Virus record (IMG/VR): IMGVR_UViG_3300007754_000852
DNA length: 64,000 nucleotides
Direction: 5' to 3' (one strand)
DNA from: a virus
Lineage: Duplodnaviria; Caudoviricetes
The position numbers were made by a program, and so were the translations under genes. Within the stretch, counting starts at the first letter, position 1; the number at the start of each line of letters is the position of its first letter. Below are positions 36,253 through 46,202 of the stretch, piece after piece. A model generated the notes under the pieces. The model was not told the origin of the DNA. It saw nothing but the letters and a program-made list of their open reading frames with translations, and ran no database searches.

Positions 36253-36549
36253 TCACCTTATCAGCCTAAATACATCGTTTATATTCGTAGGAATTTTTAT
36301 TATTGTTCCAGGAGGAACCTGCAACCCCCATCCTATTCCACTTGCCGCGGCAATAACCCACCACAGATCAGACGACCCATACATTCTTCCTGATATCTGA
36401 TCAAGCCTCTGGCCTTCCTTTAATGTTGTTGTTGTAAACTCAAGGACACCAGACTCAATTGCTTTAAAGATCCTAGATGATGATACGCTGGTTGCATATA
36501 GCTTTCTACCAAGAATCTTCGGTGTAAATGCATATCTTCCTGTTGACAT
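36253..36549 (-). CDS. LysM-domain baseplate protein (gp53/tail-X-like)
   Basis: RLDQISGRMYGSSDLWWVIAAASGI...PGTIIKIP. Confidence 0.8.
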   Translation of the reverse strand: MSTGRYAFTPKILGRKLYATSVSSSRIFKAIESGVLEFTTTTLKEGQRLDQISGRMYGSSDLWWVIAAASGIGWGLQVPPGTIIKIPTNINDVFRLIR

Positions 36550-36556
36550 TTATCTA

Positions 36557-39500
36557 TTAATCCTTTGCTGACTTGATTGCACGTCCCGCTGCCCTAACTA
36601 GTGCTCCCTTTTTTCCTTCACCTGTATATTCAAGTCGAGACGATGCGCCTCCATCATCATACACATCTCCTGCTATGTGCTCCATCGCACCCCCAACATT
36701 GTAAATAGGAGCCCTGTTGAAGCCAGCATGGTCAAGACCGGGAGGTAGATCGTGAATCACATCAAGCGATAATGTAACCTTGCACGCCATGGGAGCCCTG
36801 GCATTCCAGTCAATCTCCCATGGAAACTCCATCCAGTTAAAGTCTAATGATGTAATTGCACCTGCAAGCCCACGGCCCTTGGATGAGTTAAATGACTTAA
36901 CTATCGGATTATTTTTTTCATTCATAAAGCTGGCTGCAGATGTTTGTGAAATGTTAATCATGTCAGCAGGCAATCCAAGGGCTAAAGATGCCTCTTTTAC
37001 AAGAGCATCGGCGGCTGCCTGAGCTGTGAGTGCTCCTAAACCTATAGTCGAAAGAACAGCTGAATTGAATAGGTACGATGGATTTGGCATAATGTCTGCA
37101 TGGGTAACGGCCAGTCTCTTTCCTATCATGTTCAAGTCTACGCCTGAGTCAATTATAACAACACTGTAAATTGTCTTCGTTCGTGTTGTGCTTGACGATG
37201 GACCAGAAAATGTTCTGCTGTCTCCATTTTTTCCTATGGGTATCTGTGAAGATACTGTTCTTGTTCCTGCTAGCTTATTATTTGATTTCGAAGATGGTGA
37301 ACCAGACGTCTGACCATCAATCCACACCTTTATTGGTCTCGTTATTCTAAATCGAATAGCAGAATCATCCTCTACTATGTATCCATCATTATGTGACGCC
37401 TTGAGATAGTGTATCTCAGACTTCCTATATCCCTTTGTTGACCATCCGCGATCAGAAATTCCTATCTTTGATGCTGTTTCAGAAATTTTCTCAGACAACG
37501 TATCTGACCATGTTGAATTCTTTGGATTATCTGGGTCTTTCATCCTATCAAGAATTAGCTCTAACCCAAGAGGATTTGCAAAGCCATTAATTAAAAATTG
37601 AGATGTAAATGTCTTTGCTGCGACACCTGCACCGCCACCAATGTTTGACAAGCTAAGATTTCCTAATGATAATGCTAACGGCGAACCAAATAAAGAGTAA
37701 AACACCTTTATCATTGACTTAGACATGTTTGCAACAGAATCGTTTACACTATTAACTGTCGAACTAATACTTGACAATCCATCGCCTGTAACCTTTGGGC
37801 TTATGCCTGTATCTCCAATTCCAAATATTCTTGCCAGATTAAACTTTGAATAGTTTCCCTTTATAACATCACCAACTCTCATTCGAATAATCGGAGATGC
37901 ACCAAGAACTTGAGAAAACGGCTGAATAAACGTACTATCGTCAACAGACACCTTGTCACCCTGTGTCCACTTTGGATAAACTAATGTTGTTAGCTTATTT
38001 ATTTTCCACCACATCTCATCAAAATCTTCTTTCGATGTTGAGATAACATAGAATGTTGTTGACACAGTTCGTCTAGTTCCACTATATGACTTAACAGCAT
38101 CCATTCTACCATAGCCGCTTGAATCTCCAGAATATCCCGGGCTGTATCGATCTGTCAGCGTCTCGACAAATGCATGAAATGCAACTATTTCATTTGTTCT
38201 TAAATCATGAAAATAAAACGGAACATACTCTGAATCGAGCATGTTCTCCAGCCTCTCAATCACTGCTCCAGGTATTCTAGAATCCCCGCCTACCATATTT
38301 TCATCAATATATGCTTTCGTAGCAATAGATGTCCCTAATATCCCCTTTAGAGGATTTGTACCGTCTGACATTGTTCCCATTTCAAGTGCAGTATTGATTA
38401 TATTAGCTGGAACAAGATATGCAGAAGGAATTGAATTTCCTCTCCATGCTAGTGACATCGATGTGTTTCCATCGTTGCTTCTACTTTTAGATACCCTTGT
38501 TGCAGGACCATCCTCAAGCTCATCAACATTCCATGGGTTAACACTGTCATTAATTGAATCAAATTCTAAATTTCCACCTGTCATCTTAAAGCTAATGTTT
38601 CCAATTGTCGCTGCGACGTTTAAGAAACCAATAATCTTATTGCGACCCAGAGTCATAAATAAGCTTGATGTAACAGATGAATCATCATCTCCAATATCAC
38701 CTATCTCATTTGCTGCCCTTAGAACAGATCTTGCGATAGATAGCCAGAAGCCTGGTGCCTCCTGAATATGCTGATGCTTGACAACTGTTGACTTGTCAGA
38801 TGCTAACACGCCGTCAGATGTCGGACTTTTATCATCTGTAAATAGAACTCTAATTCCTCTATTAACACATTTATCATAAGGATAGTCAGTTGGAACTATT
38901 ACAAGACGCTTAAGTAGCTCAAATCTTGAATTTAACGCAAGGTTTGGACCTTTTCCAGACATATACGGTCCAGGATACATCGCAAGATTGTCTGATATAC
39001 TCTCACCAATAATTGACATTAGCATCTTTGATGCCTCTAGCAATGCAACTATTGCTGCTGCTGCCTGAGCCTTGACTATCTTTCTTGACCCTCGTGAGTC
39101 AAACATAGAGGAATCTGTATATGTTGACCCATATGATCGACTATTACTACTGTCATGTGATATAAAGCTGCCCCTACCGTGTCTATATGAGTAACCTTCA
39201 AGCTCTCCCTCAGAAATTTCCGGTCCGCCTTTTGCATTCATCGATCTAAGCAGAGAAAGGTCAACACCCCTAACACCATCAGAGACATCATCGTTTCTAT
39301 CATTAAGAAAATAATCTTCACCTATGTTACCTGGGCTCTGACTTTCACCCGGTATCGTCGAATCATCCCATCCTGCAGACTTTAACAGGAGAGACAAGCC
39401 GACATTTTTTAGATTATCGTTTATTACCCGTGTAGATTCCTTATCATACTCTCCAAATGATCTTTGTGCTGTTGTTGTTCCGAGGTCATCTGATCCGGCA

Positions 39501-40132
39501 TCAAGATCACTTGTAGCTGTTGGCGGTGGTGAAAAGGCCTTTTGATTTGCATGATTTGAGCTAAATCTATTTCTCTTTCCAACAATCTGACTGACAGAAT
39601 CCTCAATGCCTGATATATCCTGTTGATGTGTTGGAAATGTCAGCCCAGTCTTATCTGCATCCTTTCCAGATATTGATGATAGCATTTCATGTGAATCTGA
39701 CGAGGCACCTGTTTTATCAATTAAGCTAGATAGTGTATTTGATGTCTCGTCAAATTGACCGCTATTTGAATATCTCTCCATCTCTGCACCCAGAGTTGTC
39801 CCGTTTCTAGTAAATGTGTTCTCGACTCCTTGATCATCTGCAGGTACAATTACGTCTCCCCTATTAGATGACACGGCCTCTACATTTCCACCTTTTACCT
39901 TATATGACACAGGCGGTCTTGACAAATCGACTATAAATCTTAGATAATCACCCAGAAGACCGTTTGTCTCATCGACAAGGTCCAGAAGCTCTTTCTGTGT
40001 TCCAGGATCAGCTCCTAAGTCATCCCCGATACCGACTGAACCGTTTCCATCATTATCTGATATGGTATATGATATAGACGTCTCTGCTGAGCCCTGTTGT
40101 GATAGAAAGTCTTTTAAAGTTTTTCTTGACAC
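36557..40132 (-). CDS. Large baseplate/tail-tube-initiator-like protein
   Basis: VPFYFHDLRTNEIVAFHAF...GRMDAVKSY...P(I/I)RMRVGD tube-fold segment. Probable start is GTG 40132. Confidence 0.6.
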   Translation of the reverse strand: MSRKTLKDFLSQQGSAETSISYTISDNDGNGSVGIGDDLGADPGTQKELLDLVDETNGLLGDYLRFIVDLSRPPVSYKVKGGNVEAVSSNRGDVIVPADDQGVENTFTRNGTTLGAEMERYSNSGQFDETSNTLSSLIDKTGASSDSHEMLSSISGKDADKTGLTFPTHQQDISGIEDSVSQIVGKRNRFSSNHANQKAFSPPPTATSDLDAGSDDLGTTTAQRSFGEYDKESTRVINDNLKNVGLSLLLKSAGWDDSTIPGESQSPGNIGEDYFLNDRNDDVSDGVRGVDLSLLRSMNAKGGPEISEGELEGYSYRHGRGSFISHDSSNSRSYGSTYTDSSMFDSRGSRKIVKAQAAAAIVALLEASKMLMSIIGESISDNLAMYPGPYMSGKGPNLALNSRFELLKRLVIVPTDYPYDKCVNRGIRVLFTDDKSPTSDGVLASDKSTVVKHQHIQEAPGFWLSIARSVLRAANEIGDIGDDDSSVTSSLFMTLGRNKIIGFLNVAATIGNISFKMTGGNLEFDSINDSVNPWNVDELEDGPATRVSKSRSNDGNTSMSLAWRGNSIPSAYLVPANIINTALEMGTMSDGTNPLKGILGTSIATKAYIDENMVGGDSRIPGAVIERLENMLDSEYVPFYFHDLRTNEIVAFHAFVETLTDRYSPGYSGDSSGYGRMDAVKSYSGTRRTVSTTFYVISTSKEDFDEMWWKINKLTTLVYPKWTQGDKVSVDDSTFIQPFSQVLGASPIIRMRVGDVIKGNYSKFNLARIFGIGDTGISPKVTGDGLSSISSTVNSVNDSVANMSKSMIKVFYSLFGSPLALSLGNLSLSNIGGGAGVAAKTFTSQFLINGFANPLGLELILDRMKDPDNPKNSTWSDTLSEKISETASKIGISDRGWSTKGYRKSEIHYLKASHNDGYIVEDDSAIRFRITRPIKVWIDGQTSGSPSSKSNNKLAGTRTVSSQIPIGKNGDSRTFSGPSSSTTRTKTIYSVVIIDSGVDLNMIGKRLAVTHADIMPNPSYLFNSAVLSTIGLGALTAQAAADALVKEASLALGLPADMINISQTSAASFMNEKNNPIVKSFNSSKGRGLAGAITSLDFNWMEFPWEIDWNARAPMACKVTLSLDVIHDLPPGLDHAGFNRAPIYNVGGAMEHIAGDVYDDGGASSRLEYTGEGKKGALVRAAGRAIKSAKD

Positions 40133-40133
40133 C

Positions 40134-40349
40134 CTACTTCTCCTTCGAGAGCATTTCATTTAACTCATCAAAAAACTTTTCTCTTTTTTCCTCACTTAAA
40201 AGAACTGATCCGATCTTATCATTTATTTCTTGAAGTTTTGTAGCAAAGTACTCGACATCAGACTCTACTTTTGCCCTCTCCTCTTCAGATAGCTCGCTCA
40301 AGGCATCCTCATAAAACATATTTTTTTTAATCTTGTCTAGTAATGTCAT
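40134..40349 (-). CDS. Hypothetical protein
   Basis: 71-aa ORF, ATGA-coupled to the tape measure stop. Confidence 0.65.
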   Translation of the reverse strand: MTLLDKIKKNMFYEDALSELSEEERAKVESDVEYFATKLQEINDKIGSVLLSEEKREKFFDELNEMLSKEK

Positions 40350-42637
40350 GATATCTGTGATGTAACAATTGTAATATTGTCAGTTCCGACTGGGTTTTGT
40401 ATTATTGCATCGGCCAAAATACGAGAATCTAACTCAACAGTGATATTTATTGGCCTCCCGGACATTGCAGACGTAACTGCCTCAGCTGTTCTAGATATCA
40501 CCTCTGTTGTTCCCTGTGTGGGCATTTCAGACTCACCCACATCCACGGCCTCTTCACCGGCTCCAAGAAGAGCCTGTGTTCTTCTGCCGACAGAGCTTGC
40601 AACAACAGTCTCAGCGCTATCAGGCCCAGCGAGTGCTGATGATATTTCCTCTCTTGTCAACCCAGTCTTCTCCATCATATCATTTATCGCAGACTCATTC
40701 AGCTGGTCAAACCTGACCTGATCACTGATCCAAATGTCAAGCATCTCTGATGCGAAATCTGCCTGACTTCTTATAGCCCTTGCTCTTCTTCCAGCATCAG
40801 AGCTTTCAAGAATTCCTAACTGTTCTTCTGTAAATGATGTAATGTCATCAGACCTAGAGATTAGATCATCAAGTGCGTCTCTACCGTGTGCTGCAAGAGT
40901 TATTGCTGCATCTCTAATTGCAGACCCTTGAACATTTACCCCCTCTCTTGTTCTTTCTTCAATATACCTCAGCGTGTCATCAAATTGAGATCTCTTCTCC
41001 TCATCTAGCTCACCTATCTCACCCTGGAGCCTTTGTAATGCACCTGAGGTGCCCATGATGCTGTCTATCCTGGCTCTTTCAACATCAGCTGCAGCTGCTT
41101 CACCTGCCTCAGCTAGGTTTTTAATATGATCTAAGCTTGTCTCAAGCTCTGCTGCTGTTAGCCCAGCCAATCTTTCCTCTATAAGCTCACCGGTTTCAGA
41201 TACATATTGACCGCCTTGCTTGCTCATATATTCTTCTAGGGCTTCAGAGCCTGCATTCACTAGCTCTCCAGTGCTTACACCTACTATACGAGCTAGCTCA
41301 AGCCTTGTATCTGCAAGACCCTTTGCCATATCTTTCGACGCAATGTTCAAGAGGTTATCATTAAATCTTTCCAAAATTCTCGATGCATTGTCCATCGGTC
41401 TGATGCTTTCAACCATCTCAGAAAGATTGTCCTTTATTAAGCTAGGATCACTTGCTGCCTGGAGATCCTCAAATGACGTTACAACATTGCTTGGATCAAG
41501 GAATCTTTCAACTGCACCGATGTCCTGGAACCCTAGCTGAGTCTTGAGAAGATTCTTCTCAGCTATCGTCATTGACTCCCAGTCTTTTCCTGCTCCAAGA
41601 AGCTGCTCTCTCATCCTGACTAGGAACTGTTCCTGATCAGTGTTTGCCAGCTCCATCATCTCCATGGCATCCATGTGAATTCCAAACACAGACGTGAGGT
41701 TTCCAACAGCAGTTGCAGCATCCTCATAGCTCTGGAACTTGCCAACGGCTCCTGACAGATCCTCATATCTTATTCCGACCTCGATGAGAGCTGCACTGAT
41801 TCTTGATGCCTCAGACGTTGATACATTTCCAAACCTCTCTGTATCACGAATTATAAGCTCAATATTTCCAGCTATTCTCTTAGATGCTATTCCTGTTTCC
41901 TTTCCGACGGCATTAGAAAATGCAACAACCTCACGTAGCATCTGCCCTGTAGCCTCACCAGTTAGATCGACTTCTCTAGCGATAAGAGTCTCAAGCTGTT
42001 GCTGGTTAAAGCCCAATTCTTTCTGAGTCAATGCCATGTCAAGGGCGATATTTTCATTTGAGCTTCGAAGCAGATCATATGCCTCTGTCCCTCTATCAGC
42101 CACGGCCTTATAGAAGCTCTCCATCATCTGTTCTGAATTTTCAAATATTGTGAACAGACTAGACCCTTGAATCTTCACAGCCTCATCAGAAAAGTCATAA
42201 AACTGCGATATGATTCTCTGTGTTGTGTCAACCATCTGTTGTGACTCTAGCGTCGTAGCATTGTTGATAAAGTCTATTCCACCACCGAAGTCATCAAGAA
42301 TCTTAAGAAATTGCTCACTATGATATCGAGTTAACGTATCAACTGCATCTATGGCATCTGATGCGATACCTAGAGGCTTACCAAGGACATCAAATACCTT
42401 TCCAGCAGAACCTGCTAGAGAATCAACTGTTGATCCAATCCTACCCGAAGATCTTTCAGCACGATCTAATGATGCACCCAACCCTCTGGCTTGCTCTCTA
42501 ATATCGTCGACGCTATTTCCAGTCGCCTCAGCAATTAAAAGCTGATACTCTAACTGCGTGCTTAGCTTTTGATTTATCTGGCCAAGAGTTACATTTATCT
42601 CTCTTGTTGTTTTATTTTGATCGCCAAAGTCAGCCAT
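40346..42637 (-). CDS. Tape measure protein
   Basis: 763 aa, alpha-helical and Ala/Glu-rich, located after the tube and chaperone genes. Confidence 0.7.
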   Translation of the reverse strand: MADFGDQNKTTREINVTLGQINQKLSTQLEYQLLIAEATGNSVDDIREQARGLGASLDRAERSSGRIGSTVDSLAGSAGKVFDVLGKPLGIASDAIDAVDTLTRYHSEQFLKILDDFGGGIDFINNATTLESQQMVDTTQRIISQFYDFSDEAVKIQGSSLFTIFENSEQMMESFYKAVADRGTEAYDLLRSSNENIALDMALTQKELGFNQQQLETLIAREVDLTGEATGQMLREVVAFSNAVGKETGIASKRIAGNIELIIRDTERFGNVSTSEASRISAALIEVGIRYEDLSGAVGKFQSYEDAATAVGNLTSVFGIHMDAMEMMELANTDQEQFLVRMREQLLGAGKDWESMTIAEKNLLKTQLGFQDIGAVERFLDPSNVVTSFEDLQAASDPSLIKDNLSEMVESIRPMDNASRILERFNDNLLNIASKDMAKGLADTRLELARIVGVSTGELVNAGSEALEEYMSKQGGQYVSETGELIEERLAGLTAAELETSLDHIKNLAEAGEAAAADVERARIDSIMGTSGALQRLQGEIGELDEEKRSQFDDTLRYIEERTREGVNVQGSAIRDAAITLAAHGRDALDDLISRSDDITSFTEEQLGILESSDAGRRARAIRSQADFASEMLDIWISDQVRFDQLNESAINDMMEKTGLTREEISSALAGPDSAETVVASSVGRRTQALLGAGEEAVDVGESEMPTQGTTEVISRTAEAVTSAMSGRPINITVELDSRILADAIIQNPVGTDNITIVTSQIS

Positions 42638-42679
42638 CTACACGTACTCCACACGTAATAAGTATTCAGAACGCAGATA

Positions 42680-42934
42680 TCAACCGAAACGTTTGGGACC
42701 TATTTCTCCCATTGGAACATCCCTGCTAACACTCCTTGATGTTGATCTATTTTCAGACAACTTCTTCTTCTTCTTGAAATCTTCAACAAGTCGATCTATA
42801 AACCATCGCCTATATGGAATCGGAAGAGATCTCACGTCAGAATAGCTCATTCCGAGATGTCTCTGCAGTAGAAAGGCCTCCTCTAGAAACGCCTCTCTCC
42901 ACTCACTCCGTGGGCCAAAAAAACTCTGACCCAA
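42680..42934 (-). CDS. Tail assembly chaperone (gp51/GT-like); possibly expressed by frameshift
   Basis: EEAFLLQRHLGMSYSDVRSLPIPYRRWFI. No ATG or SD; overlaps the upstream gene across a T7 run. Confidence 0.65.
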   Translation of the reverse strand: MGQSFFGPRSEWREAFLEEAFLLQRHLGMSYSDVRSLPIPYRRWFIDRLVEDFKKKKKLSENRSTSRSVSRDVPMGEIGPKRFG

Positions 42935-43736
42935 GGGGAAGTGACACCCGCGAGTTCGTCCCGCAATGCTGACAGTTCATCTGCACCCTCATATCAATCC
43001 CAGGTTCATTCTGATCAATGTATGTTCTTAGCTTTCTAGAATCCTGTGCAGGCATGCTTTTAACAAACATTCCGATCTTATTTTTATCAGTTATACCATC
43101 GATTGACATTATCTGGTATGCTAAACGTGTTGTTATCATGTTGTCAGTTGAGCTATCAGTCATCTTTTTCATTCTCTCAGACATCACAGATATCTCCGAC
43201 TCATCCTTTCCTGTTAGGAATTTAAAATGAATATCCTTCTTTGTTACAGGTAGTCTAAAGTGGAAAAGATTTTCTCCCGGCGCCACTGGATCAATCTCAA
43301 GACGTCGTATTTCAAGTGATGCTAGATCAAAATCATGATTGCTTCCCTTGCCGCACGATCTACAGCTAACATCAGCACTATATCTTGATCCATAACCTGT
43401 CACCCTTATTGCAACCATTAGAGCATTTTTATCCCCTAATAGCAATTCATCAACATTAACCGACTTATCAATTAAGCACGATTTAATAAGATGCGATATT
43501 ACAGATCCTTGCCTGATTAACGCACGAGACGTAAGGATATCTTCCTCCTGTGCTGTCATTGCCTTTATCTCGAGAATAGACCTTCCATGCAATGCTGAAT
43601 TGACAGAATATACCTTTCCCTCTGACGGGACTGGGACGGCTTCAACCGGAACCTCCCAATTAAAATCTTCCTGCATTACATTTCTTGTCTGAATCTCTGG
43701 ATGTGAATCTTGAAAAAATTCAGAATTGTCTGACAC
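42903..43736 (-). CDS. Baseplate hub assembly protein / tail chaperone (gp26-like)
   Basis: IKAMTAQEEDILT, LLLGDKNALMVAIR, CRSC and CQHC, ending SEFFWPTE. Confidence 0.75.
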   Translation of the reverse strand: MSDNSEFFQDSHPEIQTRNVMQEDFNWEVPVEAVPVPSEGKVYSVNSALHGRSILEIKAMTAQEEDILTSRALIRQGSVISHLIKSCLIDKSVNVDELLLGDKNALMVAIRVTGYGSRYSADVSCRSCGKGSNHDFDLASLEIRRLEIDPVAPGENLFHFRLPVTKKDIHFKFLTGKDESEISVMSERMKKMTDSSTDNMITTRLAYQIMSIDGITDKNKIGMFVKSMPAQDSRKLRTYIDQNEPGIDMRVQMNCQHCGTNSRVSLPLGSEFFWPTE

Positions 43737-43761
43737 TTGCTATCTCCTTGCACACATAAGA

Positions 43762-43790
43762 ATTTTAGACATATAATATGTATGCGTAAA
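43762..43790 (-). promoter_or_regulatory. Sigma70-like promoter (TTTACG-17-TAAAAT)
   Basis: Exact 17-bp spacer, 25 bp upstream of the 43736 start. Confidence 0.5.
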
Positions 43791-43936
43791 TCAAAAGATC
43801 TCGCGAATATCAGAGAACGCTATGGGCGAATTCTACAGAAACTGATGCGTCTTCTCTGTCCATATTTCAAATGAATATCTACTTTAACCACTATGAAGGC
43901 GACTATAAGCTAATGTTGTGCTATCGAATTGTAAAA

Positions 43937-44428
43937 TCAGAATTGAAGTACAGCATTATCAAATCTAAGCGATAGTGAAATCTCTACCGGCTCTGTGTCA
44001 TTTTCATATGTCAGAGTATTAAAGTTTGCATTCGTAATAAATGCACCCTTAACATCCCACAGCTCCACAACTGTTCCAATAGGATCAAGAAGCTTTAACT
44101 GGATATCTCTCTTATAGAAATCAGCATATCCTGCTCGACCAGACACAGACTCATAATGTGTTCTAACCCACTCCATTACCTGCTGAGCCCCTGATGGTGC
44201 AATGGGATCATGAAGTGTAATTGACATTTCGCTAAATGTCATTCTTCCAGCAAGATATCTCTTGGCATTGATAAAAGGAATTTCTTTCATTGCAATAGCC
44301 ATCTGAGGTCTGGCTGACGTCTTCATGAGAAAGGCGTCAACTCCTTCTATGGCAAACAGCCACCTAAATTGTCTTTTGGGTTCGAATTTATTTGGTAACA
44401 TGTCTGTAACAGATAGTGTCTCAGCCAT
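43937..44428 (-). CDS. Tail tube protein (gp19-like)
   Basis: FEPKRQFRW, ITLHDPIAPSGAQQVMEWVR, YKRDIQLKLLDPIGTVVELWDVKGAF. Confidence 0.9.
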   Translation of the reverse strand: MAETLSVTDMLPNKFEPKRQFRWLFAIEGVDAFLMKTSARPQMAIAMKEIPFINAKRYLAGRMTFSEMSITLHDPIAPSGAQQVMEWVRTHYESVSGRAGYADFYKRDIQLKLLDPIGTVVELWDVKGAFITNANFNTLTYENDTEPVEISLSLRFDNAVLQF

Positions 44429-44546
44429 AATATTCTCCTTTATAAAGCTGCTGCTTACTTACTAAATATGTTCGCACTAAGTTTATTCTTTTAAAGAAGT
44501 GATATATAGTTTAAGAGGTAATTTAAGGTTTAGCTGGGTTCTAAGA

Positions 44547-46202
44547 ATGAAAACGTCAAAAAGATATAAATGTCCCATATGCTCATTTACGTGTGGAAGA
44601 AAAAATGACTTTAATACTCATGTTGTAGACTTCCACAATTTTTTGTCAACTCAAGATGCATATAATAAAGTTATATTAAAAACATCAAAAAATTTAACTT
44701 GTGCTTGTGGCTGTGAAGAAGAGTTAAAATTTGAAAGCTGGAATGTAGGATACTCATCTAAGTTTAAGCTAGGTCACAATGGATCAATATACTCAATCTA
44801 CGATGAAAAGCGAGCAAAAGAGATTTCAAATAAACGGTCTTTATCGCTAAAGGGAAAGGAAGGATGGTCAAAAGGACTTACAAAAGAAACAGACGATAGA
44901 ATCTTAAGAAGATCTAAAAAGATAAAATCAACGCTACAGGCAAAAAGCAAAAGAGGTGAAATAGCATCATGGTCAAAAGGTCTTACAAAAGAAACAGATG
45001 ATCGTCTTTTAAAATTATCAAAAAAATTAAGCGACAAGTATAGATCAGGTGAATTGATCCCATGGGCAAAAGGCCTTACAAAAGAAACAGATAACAGAGT
45101 GCTAGAAATGTCCCTTAATGTTGCAGAAACACTAAATAACAAAAAGATAAGAGATGTGCTAGATTCTAAAAAAAGGCTTTCAGAAGATGAAGTTATTAAA
45201 AGACTAAACATTAATGCACCCAAGCTAAAGTTAATATCTAAAATTGACAGCTATAAGCGCGATAAAATAAAAAATCTTATATTTGAATGTCGAAACTGCC
45301 ACAAACAACAAACTAAGAGCCTGATTCAGGCTATGAGCAATAGATGTGAAGACTGTGATCCACACGGGTCAAAGCATCAGATAGAAATAAATGACTTTAT
45401 AAGGAGTTTAGGCAAAGAAACTATTATGTGTGACAGATCGACAATAAGACCATATGAGATAGACATTCTTGTCAAAGAGTGTAGATTAGGAATAGAGTAT
45501 AACGGTCTTTATTTCCACAGTGAAGAGTTTAAGGATAAAAACTATCATAAGAGAAAGTCAGAATTATCACTCGAGCAGAACATCAAGCTAATACATGTCT
45601 TTGAAGATGAGTGGGAAGAAAAAAGAAGCATTGTTAAATCAATGATACGTCACAGGTTAGGAATGACGAAGATAAAGATTCCTGCAAGAAAATGCAAAAT
45701 TATAGATGTTGCCTATAGCGATAGAAAAAAGTTTTTTAATGAAAATCACATAGACGGTGACACAAAATCAAGCTGGGCGCTAGGGCTTGTTTATAATAAA
45801 GAGATTGTTGCATGCATATCTGTTAGAAAACCCTTTCATAAAAAATATAAAGGATACATAGAAATTGCTAGATTTGCAAATAAAATAGACGTTGTTATTC
45901 AGGGCGGCCTAAGCAAGCTGATAAAGCATGTAAAGGCTAGGGCCAAAAAAGACAGATATCAAAAAATTATGACGTATGTGGACCTAAGACATGGTCTTGG
46001 TGAATCATATTTAAAGTCTGGATTTTTAATACGTCAAAAGACAATTAATCGATTTTGGTGGACTGACGGTAAGACACGAATCAATAGGTTTAAAATAAAA
46101 GCAGATCCAACAAGAAACATGTCTGAAAAAGAGGTATCAGAAGAAGTTGGTGTTGTTAAAATATGGGGCTGTCCAAATATTATACTAGAAGTTGATATTT
46201 AA
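44547..46202 (+). mobile_element. Free-standing Hef-like (PD-(D/E)XK) homing-endonuclease-like gene in inverted orientation
   Basis: CPIC..H Zn finger, CACGC, W(S/A)KGLTKETD(D/N)R x3, EIDILV...GIEYNGLYFH and LIHVFEDEW. AT-rich and convergent with the sheath gene. Confidence 0.75.
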
